This document shows positions 59,620-64,000 of a stretch of DNA of 64,000 nucleotides, piece by piece; position 1 is the stretch's first letter, and every line of letters starts with the position of its first letter. The notes under the pieces are model-generated. The model worked only from the letters and a program-made list of their open reading frames with translations. It was not told the origin of the DNA and ran no database searches. This DNA comes from a virus (lineage: Duplodnaviria; Caudoviricetes). The stretch lies in the IMG/VR virus record IMGVR_UViG_2791355120_000002, positions 13,121 to 77,120 of that record. One strand, 5' to 3'. The translations under genes were made by a program, and so were the position numbers.

Positions 59620-60413
59620 ACCAGTGTTGGAACTCCTAGCGCGCGGTTGGCATGAACGGGTACCTTATCCGTCCGCTCTCTCAGAAACTTCTCGACGGCA
59701 ACGACATAGGCTGAAGGCAGTATTGCCTCGATGCGGCTCCTACGCCGGGACTCGGCCACGTCGATGGACGCGATGACCTCCGAGAACTTCGCTGCCTCCG
59801 AAGACCGCTTTCGCTTTTGATCGAGCGTGAAGTGGCCCGTCAGCCATTCGGACAAGCGGTTGCGATAATCGGCGTCAGGGTCGAGGTCGCTCGGTTCCCA
59901 TGCTGGTCCTGAGAAGCAATGGCCGTGGTCGATCAGCCACATCTCCTTCTTGCCGCCGAACAATAGGTTGCCAGGATGGCGGTCAATATTCGCTATCCAC
60001 GCATCGAAGGCGTAGAGATGGCCGAGGTCGCCCCATTCCAGTATGTCGCGGAGAAGCTGCTGTTGCTCGTCGACGCTCGCCCCGGTCGCGCGGAATGTGA
60101 TGTTGGGCACCTTCACTTCCACGCTCGCGAACACGAGCCGGTTACCATCCTGCAGTTGTGGCGCTTTCGCCACCGGCAGATCGGAGCCACGAACGAGGGC
60201 GAGATAGACGTCTGGCGTCGGAAGGCTTGCCGCACGGGCGAGGACGGAAGTCAGCACCTCGTTCGATAGCTGCTTCTGATCGAGGTCTTTGAGGATGGCA
60301 CCTCTGACCGTCCCATCGGCGAGCAGCACCTGTCCACGGAACGTGTCGTTGACATTCCCTTCCTTGAACCCCTTTGCGCCCGGAAGCACAGTTGCCAGTT
60401 GGATTTCGGACAT
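59616..60413 (-). CDS. HipA-like Ser/Thr kinase
   Basis: K...LSNE; FDAWIANIDRHPGNLL; WLIDHG. Confidence 0.85.
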   Translation of the reverse strand: MSEIQLATVLPGAKGFKEGNVNDTFRGQVLLADGTVRGAILKDLDQKQLSNEVLTSVLARAASLPTPDVYLALVRGSDLPVAKAPQLQDGNRLVFASVEVKVPNITFRATGASVDEQQQLLRDILEWGDLGHLYAFDAWIANIDRHPGNLLFGGKKEMWLIDHGHCFSGPAWEPSDLDPDADYRNRLSEWLTGHFTLDQKRKRSSEAAKFSEVIASIDVAESRRRSRIEAILPSAYVVAVEKFLRERTDKVPVHANRALGVPTLV

Positions 60414-60569
60414 GCACTCGGCTCTAACCCATCGGCCGGCAAGCTATTTGCAATGACGCCCGGTGTCGAGTGCTCTGCAAGCGAACGTGCGATGGGCCTG
60501 AACGTCGGCTTTGTAGACGCCGTTTCCCGTCGGGAATGGCCGCTTTCGGTCAAAACCCGGACTACAGCA

Positions 60570-60790
60570 TTAGCCGCTACCGGGCCGTTGGCGCTCCCAC
60601 TCCACGGCAAACCCGCGCACCAGCGGCTGCAATTGCATCGTCGGAGGCTGGCGACCATCGAGGATCGCTTCAATTAGGTCAGGCGCTAGCAGCGTAAGTC
60701 GCAGCATATGACCGACAAACGATCGATCGAGTCCTTTGGCGGCGGCAAGTTCGGAGACCGTAGCAAACCTACAAACATCCAATTGATGCT
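60570..60790 (-). pseudogene. C-terminal fragment of a recombinase-associated protein
   Basis: ELA...G.DRS.V...LRL.LLAPD.IEAILDGRQP. Confidence 0.6.
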
Positions 60791-60819
60791 TCCAATCAAA
60801 TGCCTGCACTATGCGACCG

Positions 60820-61439
60820 TACTGACCGGCGCCTACTATGCTGCCTCACTGACGGCCGCCCGTTCTGAAGGCCGCATCGGCAAGGTGGCTCGGGACCCCC
60901 TCCTCCCGATCAAGGCTTTCTGGGACATCGGCGTCCGGGATGCGACTGCTATCTGGATCGTGCAGTATGTCGGGCGCGAGATCCGAGTGCTCGACTACTA
61001 CGAGGCAGTGCGGCAACCGTTGGCCACGCACCTGGAGTGGCTCCGATCGAAGGGCTATGGAAGTGCCGAATGTTTCCTGCCGCACGACGCTTCGCAAGAG
61101 GACGCGCTCACTGCCATCCGCTTCGAGGATCATATCCGCTCTGCAGGCTTTGACGTCACCACGGTGCCCAACCAGGGCAAGGGGGCGGCACTGAAGCGCG
61201 TCGAGGCAACCCGCCGTCTCTTCCCGGCATTCTGGTTCAACGAGCCCACCTGCTCGCCCGGGCTCGATGCTCTGGGCTGGTATCACGAGAAGTACGACGA
61301 AGCGCGCAACATCGGCCTCGGCCCCGAGCACGATTGGTCGAGCCACGGCGCCGACGCCTTCGGGCTGATCAGCGTGTCTTACGAGGAGCCGCGGAAGCCG
61401 CTCGCATACGAGCATCGTGATTTAAGCTGGGTCGTGTGA
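60820..61439 (+). pseudogene. C-terminal nuclease fragment of an unrelated terminase large subunit
   Basis: GAYY; WDIG..DATAIW; LPHD; P.HDWSSHGADAF; no ATPase half. Confidence 0.75.
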
Positions 61440-61548
61440 TTGATCTGAACGGCGGTCGCTAGTGCGGCCAAAAGCACCAAGCCCTGAAGAGGGGAATCCT
61501 GGCCTAGACGGCGCGCGTCGTATCGGCTTGAGCGGCGTGGCCCGCATG

Positions 61549-62421
61549 TTAATTGGCTTCGTTTCCATCGTGACAAATCATGAAGGCGTCGGTGTCGATA
61601 ACCGCGTCGGGCTCGGGGTGGAGGACCATCTTGTAGCGCGTATAGCGGTCTTGTAGCCCAAAGACATCTTTGTAGGTGATCTCTCCGATCACATACAGCT
61701 TGACCAAGTTATCTACGAGCATTTCGCGCGAGCTAAAACCGGTGTCGAACGAGACATGGGAAGAGGTGGATGAATCTTGGCTTGGCCCAAGGTCGTACCC
61801 TCGCTCATCGGAAACCTTTCGTTTGCCTCCTTTGGCTTCCCCCATGATCACGAAACTTACGGAAAGGTGATTGATGACGTTCCGGGCTGGAGTTTGCCCG
61901 AAGTTCTTATAATTGACGGTTATCGTTGGGGCAAAATCGTCGTTAGCGTGTTCGAGCTTTACGCTCGTAACATGAATGTAAGCTCGCAGTTGGCGTTCGG
62001 CGGTTTCCCGGGAGATGGAATTGGATTCTCTGGAAACTGCGAGCGTCCAGATAATTGCGCCAGCACCTACGAGCCCCAGTATTATCGAGACCTCGGTGAG
62101 AAACACCATGACTTGCGCAGCGTCCGCTGCGCTCTTTTGCGCCCGGCGGTCCTGCTCTTCATAATATTTGGAATCGTCTGGATTTTCGCGAGCTTCAAGC
62201 TTGCGGATATCGTCGCCGGTTGCCTGCCCAAAAGGCACGACATAGCCGTGGTCTTGCTCACTCTTTTTCAGATTGCCTTGCTGCTGTTCGGTGGAGCCGT
62301 ATGGGTAATTGGTAGCTAGGTACCCATTCATGAACGCAAGCGAAGTCATAAAGACGAGCGCGAGGCCAAGTCCCGCTATTAGTCCAAGTGCAAGGTAGGA
62401 GAACCAATCGCCTTTAGGCAT
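61549..62421 (-). CDS. Hypothetical membrane protein
   Basis: Two TM segments; QLRAYI; KNFGQTPA; G.I.YKDVFG. Confidence 0.7.
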   Translation of the reverse strand: MPKGDWFSYLALGLIAGLGLALVFMTSLAFMNGYLATNYPYGSTEQQQGNLKKSEQDHGYVVPFGQATGDDIRKLEARENPDDSKYYEEQDRRAQKSAADAAQVMVFLTEVSIILGLVGAGAIIWTLAVSRESNSISRETAERQLRAYIHVTSVKLEHANDDFAPTITVNYKNFGQTPARNVINHLSVSFVIMGEAKGGKRKVSDERGYDLGPSQDSSTSSHVSFDTGFSSREMLVDNLVKLYVIGEITYKDVFGLQDRYTRYKMVLHPEPDAVIDTDAFMICHDGNEAN

Positions 62422-62740
62422 TGAACAAGAAACGCCGCCGTTGCCCCTAGAGAGCTTATTCCGCACGTTCAGTTCCTCCTCGTCAACGCCCATGGCATTC
62501 AGCCTTTCGACGAGTTGGGCGTAGGTCGCGCCCGTTCTCTTCAATCCAGCTGTCAGGAGGTTTTGCGCTACTTCCCATGTGACCGTTTAATCGGCAAGCC
62601 GACATAACAAGGGCCCCCCAACCAACGGCACGAGCACGGGTCATTTATCCGGCAATATCAACTGTGTAGTTGCTATGTGGCAGCTTGTGAGCACACTGCA
62701 AACGGTGGTTTGCAGTCTGAACACCAGCGGAGTTCCGGCG

Positions 62741-63460
62741 ATGTCGAGCGCGGTTGCCTATTATCGCGTGTCAACGCAGCGACAGGGTCGTTCGGGTCTA
62801 GGTATCGAATCACAACGCGTAGCCATTGCTCGCTTCGCCGAAGCTGAACGCATTCGAATCATCCAGGAGTTTACCGAGGTCGAGACTGGCAAAGGTTCAG
62901 ACGCTCTCGATCGACGCCCGCAGCTTGCAGCCGCCCTGTCCCAGGCACGCCAAGCAAAGTGCCCGGTCATCGTTGCCAAGCTCGACCGCCTGTCGCGCGA
63001 CGTCGCATTCATCGCCGGCTTGATGGTTCAGCGCGTGCCGTTCATTGTTGCCGAACTCGGGGCTGACGCCGATCCTTTCATGCTACATCTCTATGCGGCG
63101 CTCGCCGAGAAAGAGCGGCGGCTGATCTCGGAACGCACCAAGGCCGCCCTCGCCTCTCGCAAGTCCATAGGCACCAGGCTTGGCAATCCGACGAATGCTG
63201 CCGAAGCTGCGGCCAAGGGGCGGCTGGTCTCGGTGGAGGGCGCGGATCGCTTCGCGCAGACTGTCCTACCAATCATCGGGTCCATTCAGCGCTCAGGCGT
63301 GACTAGCCTGCGCGGCATGGCAGTCGCTCTAAACAACCGAGGCGTTCGGACGGCCCGGGGCGGGCAGTGGCAGGTTTCGAACGTGCGCAACCTCCTTCGT
63401 CGATCAACGACTGATGAGGGGTGTTTTAATAGGCGGGAAATTGCCGCTACCATCGGGTAG
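62741..63460 (+). CDS. Serine recombinase (resolvase family)
   Basis: YYRVSTQRQ; RPQL; AKLDRLSR; ER.LISERTK. Confidence 0.9.
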   Translation: MSSAVAYYRVSTQRQGRSGLGIESQRVAIARFAEAERIRIIQEFTEVETGKGSDALDRRPQLAAALSQARQAKCPVIVAKLDRLSRDVAFIAGLMVQRVPFIVAELGADADPFMLHLYAALAEKERRLISERTKAALASRKSIGTRLGNPTNAAEAAAKGRLVSVEGADRFAQTVLPIIGSIQRSGVTSLRGMAVALNNRGVRTARGGQWQVSNVRNLLRRSTTDEGCFNRREIAATIG

Positions 63461-63619
63461 TCCGGCCTCAGAGCCCGTCGTGGGGTTAGCGAGAAATCAC
63501 CTTGCTCGACTTCCCGGTAGACGATCTTCAAAAGTTGGCAACTGCTTCCATGGCTACTATGGCGGCGCTCGATCGCTTCATTAAGCGGAGCGCAAGCGAC
63601 GAAGGGCGAGGAACATGAA

Positions 63620-64000
63620 ATGATTGCGTTGTTCGATAGCGATTGCAGCCTTGTCGCTTGGCTTCACGATAGTGGCAACATTTTCGACACGGGCTTGGAA
63701 TTCGTCGCCTTTGTACGAGGCGGGAACGTATTTAGCGCTTCCAATCTGAGTTGGCTGGGCCCGATCGACTATACGACGCTGATGGATCGAGCTGGGCGAC
63801 CTGTCACATTCGGAAGCGGCCATGCCCCAATGAGCCGGCCCGATCCATTGCAGCCCCTGAACCCGTTGAAACCCCTGAGGCCGCTGCGACCCCTGAAGCC
63901 TCTCACTCCACTCAATCCAATGACGCCACACGTGCCCCTAGGGGGCTGGTCGACTTTAAGTTTCGCGGAATATCTTGGCTCCGCCGGCCCGCCTCCGTGA
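63620..64000 (+). CDS. 4-fold beta-flower-like protein with Pro-rich tail
   Basis: Repeated F/M-D-x-x-G units; PLxP repeats; GAGG RBS. Confidence 0.6.
   Translation: MIALFDSDCSLVAWLHDSGNIFDTGLEFVAFVRGGNVFSASNLSWLGPIDYTTLMDRAGRPVTFGSGHAPMSRPDPLQPLNPLKPLRPLRPLKPLTPLNPMTPHVPLGGWSTLSFAEYLGSAGPPP

Overview
Bases 1-56077 are the right-hand ~56 kb of a temperate prophage with Chi/Nazgul-like (Casjensviridae-like) architecture, probably in a Rhizobiales host (inferred from the tRNA-Met fragment and GapR/DUF982 homologues). It ends at a duplicated tRNA-Met 3' end (attR, 56058-56077); the integrase, repressor and DNA polymerase presumably lie left of the window. The + strand carries a primase-helicase, an origin-like region, a candidate cos site (~3445-3488), an 8-kb early block and ~40 small accessory genes. 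The - strand carries xis, terminase, a lambda-like head, a siphophage tail and lysis genes. Right of attR is a decayed island with a HipA-like kinase pair, a frameshifted SGNH hydrolase, phage remnants and a serine recombinase. Four signals are not explained by the gene list: (1) a peptide motif DL[S/T][D/E]LL written with different codons in six unrelated phage proteins; (2) a ~550-nt highly structured non-coding region with T-loop hairpins between xis and attR; (3) roughly 3-fold GANTC enrichment confined to the 8 kb beside cos; (4) a 15-bp palindrome TCAC-N7-GTGA at about 18 intergenic sites. All family assignments are from motif recognition by eye, not from database searches.
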